A stretch of 63,090 bases of DNA, counting the filler, from Perkinsus olseni (Eukaryota): NCBI GenBank assembly GCA_013115125.1. It is 2 parts of 2 records of this genome, joined end to end, with 100 filler letters (N's around TTAATTAATTAA, not from the genome) between each part and the next. Parts side by side here need not be neighbours in the genome. Positions count along the whole stretch, not along the records: positions 1 to 31,546 come from JABANN010000413.1; positions 31,647 to 63,090 come from JABANN010000414.1. One strand, given 5' to 3'. A program made the translations under genes and the position numbers. Below, piece after piece: positions 24,649 through 38,613 of this stretch. Positions within the stretch are counted from its first letter, which is position 1; every line of letters starts with the position of its first letter. The notes under the pieces are model-generated. The model was not told where the DNA came from. It made no database searches and was given only the letters and a program-made list of their open reading frames with translations.

Positions 24649-26647
24649 ATGTCATCCTACCATCACCGCGCTGTGCCCTACGGCAGACGCAGGGGCGACG
24701 ACGAAGGGAGGCAGCACATCAACAGCAGCAGCGTTCGAGATAGATACACGGCAACAGACCGACTGAGGTGAGCTACCGGTCCCTATTCTATTGCCCTATC
24801 GTGGTATACCACAATTCTCCCTATCCATGTGGGTGCTGGGCTATCGATCATAACCCGACGTCCCCTAATAACTATCGATAAGTCGTATTAATTTCATCGT
24901 CATCGTCCCGGCGGACTGTATTGTATCATCATCACCCTGTAGGTTCCAAGACGTTCAACGAGACTACGGCCGGTTAGTCACCCGAGACGAAATACGAGGG
25001 ATGACCGTCCATCAACGGTAAAGTCAGTACAGTAGAGGCATCTCAGAGCAATTTCTCAGGCATGAAGTAATGATGAGCATAGCGTTGTCAGCCAGTCGTC
25101 ATCATCATCAGAGCCGATCGGAAGGCAGTGTACGCAGAAGGGCGCGGTTTTGGGTCGTTCGGTGAATTCACGCCCGCGATTGTATACTAAGGAAACACTG
25201 TGGACCTCGGGTTGTCTTCGTTGGGTCGTCACCGCTAGGGGTGTCCCCAATTGACGGTTGAGGTTAGTGATAAAGTAATAATAGCAACCATAGGTTTACG
25301 TAAGAGACATTGAAAGGTCGCTCTACGAGAAGTCGCCATTCTAATCACCATTCGCTCCTCTTTGATGTGATTTCTTATGGCCTCTCGACTCGCTCCTGTT
25401 GCTGTGTCATCAGCATCGACCCCTCAGTGACTACGCCGCGCTGAAGTCCAAACACAAGTTCGTCCGAGAAGCCGAGGACGACGAGGAGGACTCCTGGGCC
25501 AACAGGCTCGCTAAAGCGTAGTCATGATTACCAGCTTCGCTCCGCTAAGATTAGTTTCTTCCAGGTATTACGACAAGTTGTATCATGAATACGTGATATG
25601 CGACCTCAAGGGGTACCGGAAGGACCGAATAGGATTCCGATGGCAAACCCAACAGGAGATGCTCCAAGGGAAGGGCCAGATGAGGTGATGATCTTGGTGG
25701 TGGCGGGGTTCCTCCGTATGACTCGAAGACGTCTTCGTTTTGCTCATTTTTGGACTATGCTAAAGTAAACTCGAGATCAGCGAAATTCATTGATCCAACA
25801 TCGCATAAATCGACAACTTCATATCAATTCGCTGAGAGAACTGATATGAAGTTCGATTTTGGGGTACTGACAGTCCCGCCAGATTTCTCGTCTTCCTAGC
25901 ATTGCCAGGTCGATCCGCCGCCCGATGGTTGTTGTTATCAGGTGCGCTAATATGCGTTGTAATTCCACCCAACATCTGCGCACTTTCGAAGTTGACTTCT
26001 CCTATAAGGAACATGGTGAGCATAAACGAGAGCTCGTTAAGGTAGTAAGGCCCTGGAATTGATGCCGCTCGAAAAAGCAACCGGGCGGCACAGACGGGTT
26101 CTTCCTTCGAACATCACGCGAACGCTCATCAGGTGCGACTGTGCTACTCGTGTAGTATCAAATTGAATTGGAAGTGGATTCGACGGGCTAAGCGGAAGGG
26201 CAAGGAGTTCCGTATCAAGAAGGATGAAGAGGACGGCGGCGAGGACGGAGCAGCCGAGGCCGGGACTGATGTTGTTGATCTATCTAAGGAAGGTGATATG
26301 GGTATCTACGCGTGCGTATCACGAGTCGTATGCGCCTGTCGCGTAAAAGCGACAGGCGCAAGGATTGAACCGGGGATCTTTGGATGAGGAAATGGATCGA
26401 TGTGCTTGGGCCTTAGATACTCGGATCAAAGAGGAGCCGACTGAGGGCAGTGAGAGTGCTGATGATGTTGATGAGAACGACAAGGAAGCCCTGAAGGTAA
26501 AAGTCGCACAGGTTCGATCCCGGGGAGAGGAGTTTTCAGGTACTCGAGGAGCGCATGTGGCGGAGCGACGCGGAAGGAGCTGTCACGAGCGGCGAAGAAA
26601 AACGTGCGAATGAATTTGAAGATTATTTCAATGATCTTTTCCAGTGA
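24649..26647 (+). CDS. FRA10AC1: FRA10AC1 homologue (spliceosome-associated), multi-exon
   Basis: HKFVREAEDDEEDSWANRLAKAYYDKLYHEYVICDLKGY...GFRWQT..E...GKGQ, CANMRC...LRTFEVDFSYKEHGEHKRELVKVRLCYSCSIKLN and C-terminal EFEDYFNDLFQ. Confidence 0.92.
26350..26385 (-). repeat. Intronic tRNA-3'-half/B-box element (antisense to FRA10AC1)
   Basis: AAGATCCCCGGTTCAATCCTTGCGCCTGTCG followed by CTTTT. Confidence 0.65.
26497..26539 (+). repeat. 43-nt intron consisting largely of a tRNA-3'-half/B-box element (sense)
   Basis: GTAAAAGTCGCACAGGTTCGATCCCGGGGAGAGGAGTTTTCAG. Confidence 0.75.
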
Positions 26648-26840
26648 ATCGTAAGTGCTTCGAGTGGAGGGCGAGGGCCAAAATCCGAGAGCAGTCAGGA
26701 AAAGACGACAGGAATTGAAACCTTGTTTTCCGAGTACGTCCGCGAAGTCTGCACTTCCCGCTCGGGTTTCGGGAATTACCAATTAGAGGGAATGTAAGAT
26801 GCAACCAAAGTCGGATTGGTCGGTTGAAACAGAGAAAGAT

Positions 26841-28991
26841 TCATGGTGACCAAATATCGGCGACGGTGAGGCCAGCAGGGAGAGGGTCTGATGGATCCAC
26901 AACGAGAGTGTTGTAACCAGTAATCCAGGCTTGTCCGGTGATGGTGGTGATGATGGCTGGGAAGGGCCCCACCTGAAATGAGGAATTATGAAGATTGCTG
27001 TTCGTGATTTTTGGAAACTGCGCGGATTGGGAGAAACTGGTGAGTGATAACCACTTCCGACGATATTAGATCTTGATCGACCCCCCGTTCCGTAAAGTGA
27101 TTCTGAAAATCAGAATCGGTTCTGGGATTGGTTTTTACGCGTAAACTGCGGTTCCAGAACCCATTCTGAGTCTCAAACTTGGTTTAGTGGACACCATCAG
27201 AGAGTTAACGAATTCGCTCCGTTCGTGATGCAAAGAGAACGAGCGGAGGGGCCGAAGAGTTGCAGCAATAGGGGCCTCGACCAAGTAGGCCATCGATAGA
27301 AATCTTAGAGTATCTTAGGTCGACTCTGTCCAAAGATGGATTCGTGTGGGCGTGATAGTACTGTGGTGCTGTCTAGGATGAGGCCTTCAAAAGTCGTCCC
27401 CAAGATGCCACTATGAACGTACTTCTCTCCGATATGTAATCGACCTCTGAAGGGTCGAAGATGCTAATAAATCAGCAGGTCTCCACTCACCTAGCCTGTT
27501 CAAGTGCCATAACAGCACTGGTGCCGGTGCCGCAAGGACTGCGGTCCAACATGCCAGTCCAAGTGCCCGGATTGTCCCAACTGAAGTCTCCATTCGGCAT
27601 TACCACCGTCGCCTTGTCTCGAGTGCTCGAGCGAAGCACTATGATAGAGATCGAGTTAATCTCGGGGTTTTCTGGGTGGACTACAGGTAACTGAAAAACG
27701 TTCCAGCTGTCAGTGGACGGTGAGTGCCATAACCTTCTGACGAGCGGCTTGCTTGACGCATTCCCCGAAAGTGCACAGTTTCTTCCCGTTCTCCGGTTCG
27801 ATGGGAATATCGTGTTTGGCGTCAACATCGTCCACTACTGCATACCACATTCCGCTGTAAACCACCGATACGAGGACGGGTCCTATGCTCGGGACCTGAC
27901 CGGCGATGAGTGATGGTTGTCGCTCGTTTGGCTGCCGGTAAATAGCTTGGTGAGAGATTTAATGCTACAACGCCTTGTTGGGTTAATGCCTTCTCTCTAT
28001 TACAGAGTTCTGAGAATTTCCAGCGTCGAGTAAGTTGATAATGCTTTTGTCGTTAGCGATCACTATCGACACAGTTTTCGTATTCCATTAACTCTTTTCC
28101 TAAAAACCTTCAAAAGATTTCCGCTGAAGAGACTCCCTGTGATCACCTCGACCTCCTCGTTGTCATACACAACAAAAGCAGGGACGTTGGTGAGGGTGAT
28201 CGACTCGGCCTTCCTCTCTGAACAGCGAGCTTCAATTTCAATCAGCCCAGCAGGAGCCTCCAAGGTGAACTTGGTTGTGGGAACCTCCATTGGAACGAGG
28301 CCGGTCTCTAGAAGTACCGTCGCAGTGCCTGGCCGGATGGGATCGTTCGGGGGAGAGCGACCGGGCGGTTAGTACAGATGGTGTTGTGGCCGGACATTGG
28401 TGGATACTCTCCTTGTTCCATTATGATATATCTGAGTATCTTTGGCTAGTGTAACCTCACACGGTCGAGGTCGCACCCGAAGGATGCCTTTTTCGGGTCC
28501 TGCGGCGACACGATGAGGTCGGCGTTTTGGCAAGGGTAACCTCGAGGTTCGCGTAGTAGCAATTGACGCAGATCATCTCTCGTCGACCGGAAGTACTCCA
28601 TTTTTTCGTATACAGATTTCCTGAAAATATTAACAGCTCATCGTCGTGAAAGAATGTGAAACCTCCAAGACTGTCACAACAGTTCCCTTTAAAAACTGTC
28701 CAAAAAAATCAGAAAAAAAACAAAGTTTCTCGGGAAAAAACTGTTGTGTCGCGTGTGCGATATGAAACTGCACAACACTTTCGTAGGAGACTGTTTATAG
28801 TCCGATCGTGAAATTCAGCATCGATCTTCGCATCAATTCCAGCCGGTGCAACGTGAGGTGTACTCTGAGGCAGGGTAAGCAGCCTACTACCCGGGTCCTA
28901 GAGGATCTCTCACGCCAGACAGGACGATCCTGGCCGGCTCCCCACCACAATGAGCGTCCACGCACTCGATGCGACGGAAGGGAAGAGGCAT
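26841..28991 (-). CDS. Proline racemase / hydroxyproline epimerase family protein (Ser/Cys catalytic pair)
   Basis: VDAHCGGEPARIV, LLLREPRG, YPPMSGHNTIC, LEAPAGLI, DRSPCGTGTSA, ITGQAWITG...DPSDPLPAG. Confidence 0.92.
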
Positions 28992-29089
28992 GGTGATGGC
29001 TGGAAGGGCTGTTGACTAAATCACGCAAGAGAGACGGGGAGAAGAGAAACGATGAGGAGATGATAATACAGTGTACGAAGGAACTGCAA

Positions 29090-31448
29090 TCACGCTTCGA
29101 GGAAGGAGGCGTCCACTTCAGTGAAGTGGCGGTAGAAGCCTTGACAAAGTCGGAGCATCGAGTCAATGTCTTCAACCGAGCAGGTTTCCCTGAACATGAG
29201 ATGGGACTTACAGTCGGAAGGTGTCGAAGACGCGGATAGTTGAAGGCAAGGTAAGGATAATTTTGATGATGCAAAGATTTTGCCAGTACTAGTGGCCGAT
29301 AGGATACTCTTAGGGACTGTAACCACACCATTTCCAGCTCAAGATAAATCCGCTGAACTTGAATGCCGTCGTGGTTTCGAAAACTTGACGTGAAAACGAT
29401 GTAGAGCGGCAGAAGAATGAAGCCGGTCATAATCCGTACTTGGCTACTAAATCCTGATGATACTATCCAGATAGTTCAAAGACTGATAGGTGGATATCAT
29501 ATATTATTCACTATGAAAGTAAACAACGGTTTTGCCCATGATACTGAAGGAGGAGGAGGAGATGATGATGATGAAGGGTTACAGGCACAGGGATATGCAG
29601 AGAGTGTTGGAGAGGAGCTCGAGAGACTTCCTCCCTCCCGAGGCGATGAGAGACTCACCTTATGGAGTGCATAGCCCATTGAGTGATACCAAGATCAACA
29701 GTACGGATTCCGAGGTTGGCAGAGAGCATGGGCCCGATAGTAGAGCCACTGCTCGTACCGTTCTTCACAGTAAACTCCTGCAGGGGCACCTGAACAATTG
29801 GCAAATGACGGATTCGTCGGGTCGAATGGGCGTCGCTTACGTTCGATTTTTCGGCAACGACTCGTGTGATAGCGGTTGTAGCTGCGTTGGTAGCATAAAG
29901 TTGGTTAGGGTTGATCTTAATCGCCACGCCCTTTCCGAGGGCCGTCTTGTGTTCAGCCTGGTGACGCTCAGGATAATTCGGGTGAACTGCGTGCTCTCCA
30001 TCCGCCGAGACCAAAATCGACCTGAACCGACTAGAAATGTCGAGGCCAGGAATCGAACCCGGGACCTCCGGACCTCGCCACGAGCTCAGAATAGTCCTGC
30101 TCAGCTGAGAATCCCGCCAGGACTCGCTCGATCCAAGTTTGAACACTCTTCGAGTTGGCCCCGGTAGCACTGCGGGAGCCGACCTCCTCGTGGTTGAAGG
30201 CGACGGCAACAGACAGCTGGGAACCTGAAAAGCCCGTCGTGATTAGTCGAAGCTTTCTCCACACTACTACTCTTAGCGAGCTCATCAGCTTCGGTGGTGA
30301 TCGCGGAGAAGGCCGAGAAGGTTGAGACGAGATTGTCGAGCCTAGCGGAAGCGAGGAACTCTTCGTAGAGGCCGACGAAGCACGCCTTGGTGGCGTCCAT
30401 CATGCAGATGTCGAAGTCGAGGATATCTTCAACTTTGCATCTGATCGTGATGGAAGATGAGATTCCGGCCATGCGCTTCCTCGGTGTAAGTCGAACCGAC
30501 CCGCACGAATACTTCTCCCATGACGAGCCCTTGTCGTCGTTCCAGCCTAGGGCCGAATCTTCCGCAACTTCCCTTTTAAATCTCATTTCTTGTCTCACGG
30601 AAATTCTCACAGGTCTTAGATTATCACGCAATATCGAATCATCACCGGATTACCACAGAATTACGACGGTCGAGAAGAGTACAGCCAAATACAGAACGCA
30701 AATTCCGACGAGTTCGATGCAGAGCCGCCGAGGGCTGCATTATTATTACCCTGACTCATCCGCAAGTAGTTGGAGGAAGACTCGATGGTTCCCTCGGACA
30801 CGTTCCTCAGCAGAAGTGGCGTACTTCTTGGAGCAAAATACTGGGCTGAGGTGCTGCTCGGGATTGAACTGAAAGCAAGCAAGGACGCAGTGTGAGTGTG
30901 GGATAGAACCTGGGTGACTCGAAGCAAGCACCTACCTTGAAAGCCGCCCTCTCCTCGTTACTCTGCAGATGACGACACAAGTTGGGCATGATAGCGACTG
31001 GGCGAGGCACGCGTACCAACTTTTCGCGAATCTTACCCTCGCTGGCAAAGACGACCTTACCGGCCATCCCGAGGCCTCGGTCGAACCACGTGTGCCACAG
31101 CCCCCCACCATAAGGAGTCACACCGAGCTCGAACATTCCCTCGGACTCCTTGGCCGAGTTAGGGCACAATCTCAAGCAGGGGGAGTCAGTGTGGGTACCG
31201 ATGATGACCATACTAGACGTATTGGGATCGAAGTTCTCACCGACGATGAAAGAAAAGATCTCGGAACCGTCACGGATGGTGAAGTACTTGCCGCCCTTCT
31301 TCAAGTGCCACGTCTCGCGCTCACTAAGTCGTTCGAAACCGGCCTTTTTGAGGAGCTTCTCACATTCTAGAACCGAGTGGTAAGGGGAGCCTGTTTTGTC
31401 GACGAAATCTCTGAAAGCGCTGGCGGCAGCGGTAGGGAAGGCGGACAT
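29090..31448 (-). CDS. DNPEP: Aspartyl aminopeptidase (peptidase M18)
   Basis: GTHTDSPCL, PYGGGLWHTWFDRGLG, ARLDNL, FNHEEVGS, SADGEHAVHPNY, GSTIGP and AMHSIR|ETCS. The last exon ends at 29090. Confidence 0.95.
30022..30073 (-). repeat. Intron consisting of a tRNA-3'-half element (sense to DNPEP)
   Basis: GTCCGGAGGTCCCGGGTTCGATTCCTGGCCTCGACATTTCTAG..., with an intact T-stem CCGGG/CCTGG. Confidence 0.85.
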
Positions 31449-31546
31449 AGCTGGTTGGGAAAGTTATATAACAAAACTACACCCCTCCACAAATTCTTAG
31501 CATATCCGGTTTTTCGACTCGTGCACTGTCACCTGGACGAGTACGG

Positions 31547-31646
31547 NNNNNNNNNNNNNNNNNNNNNNNNNNNNNNNNNNNNNNNNNNNNTTAATTAATT
31601 AANNNNNNNNNNNNNNNNNNNNNNNNNNNNNNNNNNNNNNNNNNNN
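31547..31646. other. Assembly spacer (N-run with TTAATTAATTAA six-frame stop linker)
   Basis: 100-nt N block containing ttaattaattaa at 31591-31602. Confidence 0.97.
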
Positions 31647-31647
31647 C

Positions 31648-31718
<71 letters not shown>
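31647..31718 (+). repeat. (CAA)n microsatellite
   Basis: Perfect CAA run at the start of the second contig. Confidence 0.95.
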
Positions 31719-31733
31719 GTCAACACAATTCAC

Positions 31734-33448
<1,715 letters not shown>

Positions 33449-34249
33449 CCTTGATGATGAGAAGAAAAGTTGGGCTGAGTATGCCAACGACCTCCTTGGA
33501 AACTACTATGCTGCTGCTAGAAAAACCACAACGATGTTCATGTCGAGAGTCGGCAGATTTCTAACGCGAGGACGTGGACGTGACACAACGCTGTCCCCAT
33601 GGCGCCGCACGAACACGCCAAAGCGATTCGATACAGGCAGCTGTCTGTAAAACACGATGATGTTGGTAAGTGCACACTGTCCTGTTAACCTGCCGGAGAA
33701 GGCTCCACACTGATGGGCCGAGTGATGGCAGGACGACTGCGACCAGCGAACACGGCAGAGCTACAATCAACACAACACTCGAGCTTGTGACGGTCGGACA
33801 GGGGGAAAAGCAGAGAGATGATTCATAAGGGTAACAAGAATACGCAATACTTGCCGGGAAAGAGCCCCTAATGATCTTCCAGCCGACTACGACTATGACG
33901 ACGACGATGATAGGAAAAAGTACAACTTGGGAGCCCTTTGTGTGCTGTTGCTGTTGCTGTTGCTGATGACGATGCTGCTATCTCGACCACCGCGCGAACG
34001 CTTACTAAAAATGCGGATATTTCACACGAGGGATGGCGACGAGAGGCCCACTACTGGTGGTACGAAGGTAGAGGGTGGATAGTGTGGTAAGCAGAAAACT
34101 AGCGATGATGAGTATCACGATGGTGGACAAGGCACGATCTGATCACGATGGCAACAACAACAACAACAACAACGAACACAATTGAATACGTCAACACGAT
34201 AATGCCTATTATAAGAACAAGCGCTGCAATCTAGTAATGATGATGGTGG

Positions 34250-37200
34250 TCAGATTGACTTGGGACGTCCCGCTGCTGCTAGCATGTTCGCCTGATCTTC
34301 GAACTGAGAGAACGGCAGGAGCATAGTTAAACAGAGCTTATACGGGCCGGTATTCTTACATTGAGGAAAGTGTTCTTCACAGACACGGGCACAGCAGCAC
34401 TGCTGCCCTCAGGACCAGTACCATAATATTGCTGCTGCTGATGCTGATGCTGCTGTTCATCCACACTGCCCTCTGGACTAACTGACTCCACTGAGCCTCC
34501 AGGGCCAGCAGCGTTCGGACCATTCATTCCCAGCATCTGCTGCCAGTCCGACAGCCCCGTCAAATACCGACCTGACCACCATGACAACTACCACCAAGAG
34601 CAGCAGCTAGCCATCCCCTACTAGGGTCCGCTAGATGAGGCATGTTGCTGGGGGTAAGGCCGTCCAACACGGACTTATTGCCAGCATTGGTGGCAGCATC
34701 ACTGGCCGTGTCTTGTGAGGGCATCCTCGTGAAGGAGCCAATACCGGCGCCGCCGCCAACGACCATTCGGGGTGCTAGATGGGGGCATTGACCGGTACCT
34801 GCCCTCGACGAGTAGCAGGAAATGGGTGAGCGTGTGGTAGCGTACATGGCTGAGGATCCACTTCAGCAACACCATCCAATACAACCATTGGTGACAGGGA
34901 TGCATCATGTAAAGCGGGAGCGGAAGAGACGCCTTCGAACCATGCTGGTGAGTTATTCATACCTAGCATCGACCTAAGATACTCCATCCGACGGGAGCCT
35001 CTGCTTACCAGTCTCCCTAAAGGACCATCTCAATCGTCCGAGATCATACTTGGTTACCTTGCCACAGCTACAATTCTCATCGTCAACCCTCATCACCTAA
35101 AGCGATGCAGCTGGATGGAGGAGGAGGAGCTAAGGCGACCCTACAAACAGCATGGCGGCGATCCTCGTAAAGGAGTCCTTGAGAGTAGGCACTTCTCTCG
35201 ACTTCTTCGCCAACGCTGTTAATACGTTGGCATAGTCGTGGATACAGAAAGTAGTGACTTGTTTAACACAGCATTCAGCCAGCTCCTCCCACAGGCCAGC
35301 ATCACCATAGGACGTGTTAGCTAGAGCCCACATCGAGTTGGACAAACAGTGGGGCGCCAACTCCGGAGCGTCATCGCGGAGCTTCTTGGCACAATCTTCA
35401 ACCTGACCAGCGACAGGCAAACACTACTGTCAAGATCTGGAGAGGTAGGAGATGTCAGCAAGCCACGACCTCACGTCCGCAAAGCGACGTTATGCGCAAA
35501 CGAGTAGGGAAGAGGAGCCGAGGCTGGTAATAGTACCAAATCCGAGTAATCTTCAACTTGACCCATCCTAACAAAACTCCACAGGCATAGGGAAATACTC
35601 TGTGCCGATAGACTGCCGAGGTTATCCCGAAGGACGTCACAGATCTCCTCAATCAACGGCATGACCTGAACCCAACTCGGAAGTACAGGCGGGGATGCAC
35701 GATCTCCTCCTTACCGAGCTGGACGCGGTGTGGCCGAGTTTGACTATGCCGTGCAAGAGCATGGCAGCATCCTGCGCCCCCAGACCAGTGGTCGAGTTTA
35801 TCAAATTCGCACGGTCGGCCAAGGCGTCAATAGCACAACAATCGCAAACACCCATCCGCGCGTAGGCACTAAATATGGTCGCTGAGAAAATATATTCAAT
35901 TCAAGCTGATACCACTCCTTCGCGAGTTCTTACAGATTTCAGCTGTTGAAAATCGGAAGCTCTTAGACTTCACATAGGTTGCTGTGGCGTCGACCAATTC
36001 TGGGTCCTTAGCCGCCAGATCCACGCCCATGTACGCTAGTGCCCATAGACACGTGCCTGACCAAGGGATCGAACCTCTGCGGGAGACGACTACACGGGTT
36101 GCAGACTCACTCAGTTGAGCTGGTGAGTATTTATCCAGATGCTCATCGAGTTGTCTAGCGATAGCGTCACAGCACACTGCGTCATGATAACCAAGTTTAC
36201 ATAGACCCCACGCAGCCGACGTCAAATCTTCGCAAGAGAACCTGAGGAGGACGAAGAGAATAGACGACCCGAAGACCAAACCCCTGCTGGACTTACTTCG
36301 AGGCGAACTGCGCCACACAAGCTTGGCAGGCTTGTATCAGGTCATCATGCTTGATACCAACACGCCCGAACGACTTCAAAATAGTAGCAACATCTTGAGG
36401 GTTAAGTCTCCCGGCCTGCTCATACCAACTTTCCCCCAACTTATTACTCCAACGCTTACCTGTGCGTGCATGAGTGCAACATAGCCACAGCGTTCAAAGA
36501 CCATCTTCACTCGCGTCCGATCCGAGATATGCGGAATCAGTCGGCTGAGGCCCCACAACGTCATCGATAAATCCTGCGGGTTGTACTTGTCGGCTTGCGA
36601 TAGAATCTAACCAACACCAACAATGGGCAACGGGGTGGCTTTATCCACTGGGGAGGCAGAGGTCGAGCAAAATGCATATCCAAAGGAATCTTTGCGCACA
36701 GCGAAGAACACGCATTTCCTTGCTGATAATGCCAGAATACCCGCACTATAAAAGATACGCCCTCCGAGTGGTGCCCTCAACCTACCCTATCACAGACAGC
36801 ACTGAAGTCGATACCCTCATACCAATCAATCTTGGCAAATGCCCAAATCGACCTCGAGATATCCTGGGCGACATACTCCGAGAGATGCTCGCAGAGGTAC
36901 CTGGGGCAGCACGATGAGTTGCCAAAGGTATGGTATTCATATTACGCGACAACAGCGCGTAAAAATTCGGCATCGCTCAACCCAACTTTAACGTGAGCCC
37001 ACAACATCTGTACAGCAACTCGAGGTGTACCTAGAAAAATGCACCACCCTAGAATCGAACCCGCGTCCTTCTCCCGCCCTACTTTTTGCCAGCCGAGGTG
37101 CAGCATAGGCGCACATGTCCCTCACGGGCCCTTCATAGCCGAGTTTGCCACATTGCTCACAAATACCCGTGAGAATAGCCAAATCAAGGCCAGTCTCACT

Positions 37201-38427
37201 GTTAGCCTGAAACCAAAGTTCATTCGGGAACGTCAAGGCGACGTCGCTCTCCTCACGTGATCGGTAGCAAAGACCCGTTTCAACTCGACGGTTATCCACT
37301 CCAAGGCATTGCTAGTGTTCGCCTTATTACCGCTCGTCATCTTCCGCAATTGCCTAAGGCAAGACAACAAGGGCTCTTCCCACAAAAAGCAAGGCGAGGC
37401 GACCAGACTGTCCATCCACCGGCATTTCGGAAGGATGGTGCCAAACCAGAGACGAGGGTAGATTTGGTTCATGGATGAGCTCCAACGATACTATCTTCGT
37501 ACACTCTATCTTCACCATGGGTTTCGAGGATTCCCTGCTGAATTTCGTGGCGCGTGACACATTCCTGACGTACTCCATAGTGTAAGACATCTCTCTTGCC
37601 ATACCATCACCCACGGGTACCGACCTCAAAACGTTGTGAAGATCCTCATCCCCCGGTTCCCGGTCGGACTGCGGAGGAGTCCGTTGTTGTTGTTGCTGCT
37701 GCTGTTGTTGCCTTCTCTGGGGCGGCGTCTGCGACCGGCGTGCATCTGATAAGCGCGTATAACAGATGGCGTGCGGGCCCGAGCACTGGGGACTTCACCG
37801 GGACGTGATGGGGTTAACTCGCTGTCGACCTCCCTCAAAGTCCCATTCGAATCAGCACTAGTGGAGGACCGCGCGCCACGAAATTGCCATGCCTACTTCG
37901 TCCTCCGTTATTCCTGCCACCATGCTGTTGTTGATGTTGATGCTGTTGATAGTCCCGCGGTGCTGGTGACAGCGGAGCACGACCCAGAATGCTAGAGGTC
38001 GTTGGGGGCGTCTGCGGAGGGGCTGCTGCCGCCGAAGGGCTCTGGAACTACAACAAAACGACGCCATGCTCAACTTACCTCACGCGATCGTTAGAGATAC
38101 TACCAGCCACAAGAAAAACATGCGACGATGGACAGTTGATCCACTACTCAAGAGTCTACTGTTATACCCGTGCATCGCTCCGCCTACCAGATTGCCGAAA
38201 AATCCTTTAGATTCTGACCGGCGCTGTTGTTGTTGATGATGTTGCGGCGCTCCGCCGTACGCTCCCGAGGGCATGCTCAGCAACTGCTGCTGCTGTTGGT
38301 AATGATGGGGGCCGCCGCCGCCGCCACCACTGTTGTTGTTATCTCTTCGGGCAGCGTTACCCGTCTCTCCAGCACTACCTGCACCTCCTCCTCGGCTGTT
38401 GTGATGGAATGGCAGGGAAAAGGTCAT
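34250..38427 (-). CDS. Helical-repeat (OPR/HPR/FASTK-like) putative RNA-binding protein with low-complexity termini
   Basis: Repeats of about 37 aa: YNPQDLSMTLWGLSRL, FSCEDLTSAAWGLCKLG, YSPAQL..CLWALAYMG, LSAQSISLCLWSFVRMG, LAPHCLSNSMWALANT. Confidence 0.65.
36057..36110 (-). repeat. Intron with tRNA T-arm element at its 3' splice site (sense)
   Basis: ...TCTCCCGCAGAGGTTCGATCCCTTGGTCAG. Confidence 0.7.
37031..37082 (-). repeat. 52-nt intron consisting of a tRNA-3'-half element (sense)
   Basis: GTAGGGCGGGAGAAGGACGCGGGTTCGATTCTAGGGTGGTGCATTTTTCTAG. Confidence 0.8.
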
Positions 38428-38613
38428 GGCTCTACTATTATGAAGGATTTACTACGACAACCATCCGCCAGGATCCAATGGCCTCCACAACAACGAGGAC
38501 CAACACGTGCATCAGAAATAGACAACATTAAAAGACACGCCTTTCTCAAATATTTTCAATTTTCACCGCTATCAAAGGACCTCGGAGATTCACTGCCATC
38601 TCCGTCCACCAAG

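Noticed and set aside
25787-26080. Minus-strand ORF nested in FRA10AC1
   Set aside because: Antisense shadow of a FRA10AC1 exon (CANMRC...FEVDFSY).
29090-29679. Apparent separate small gene between the racemase and DNPEP
   Set aside because: It is the last intron and last exon (ETCSVEDID...) of DNPEP.
31547-31646. Palindromic TTAATTAATTAA within Ns
   Set aside because: Artificial scaffold linker. Adjacency of DNPEP and ADH across it is not established.
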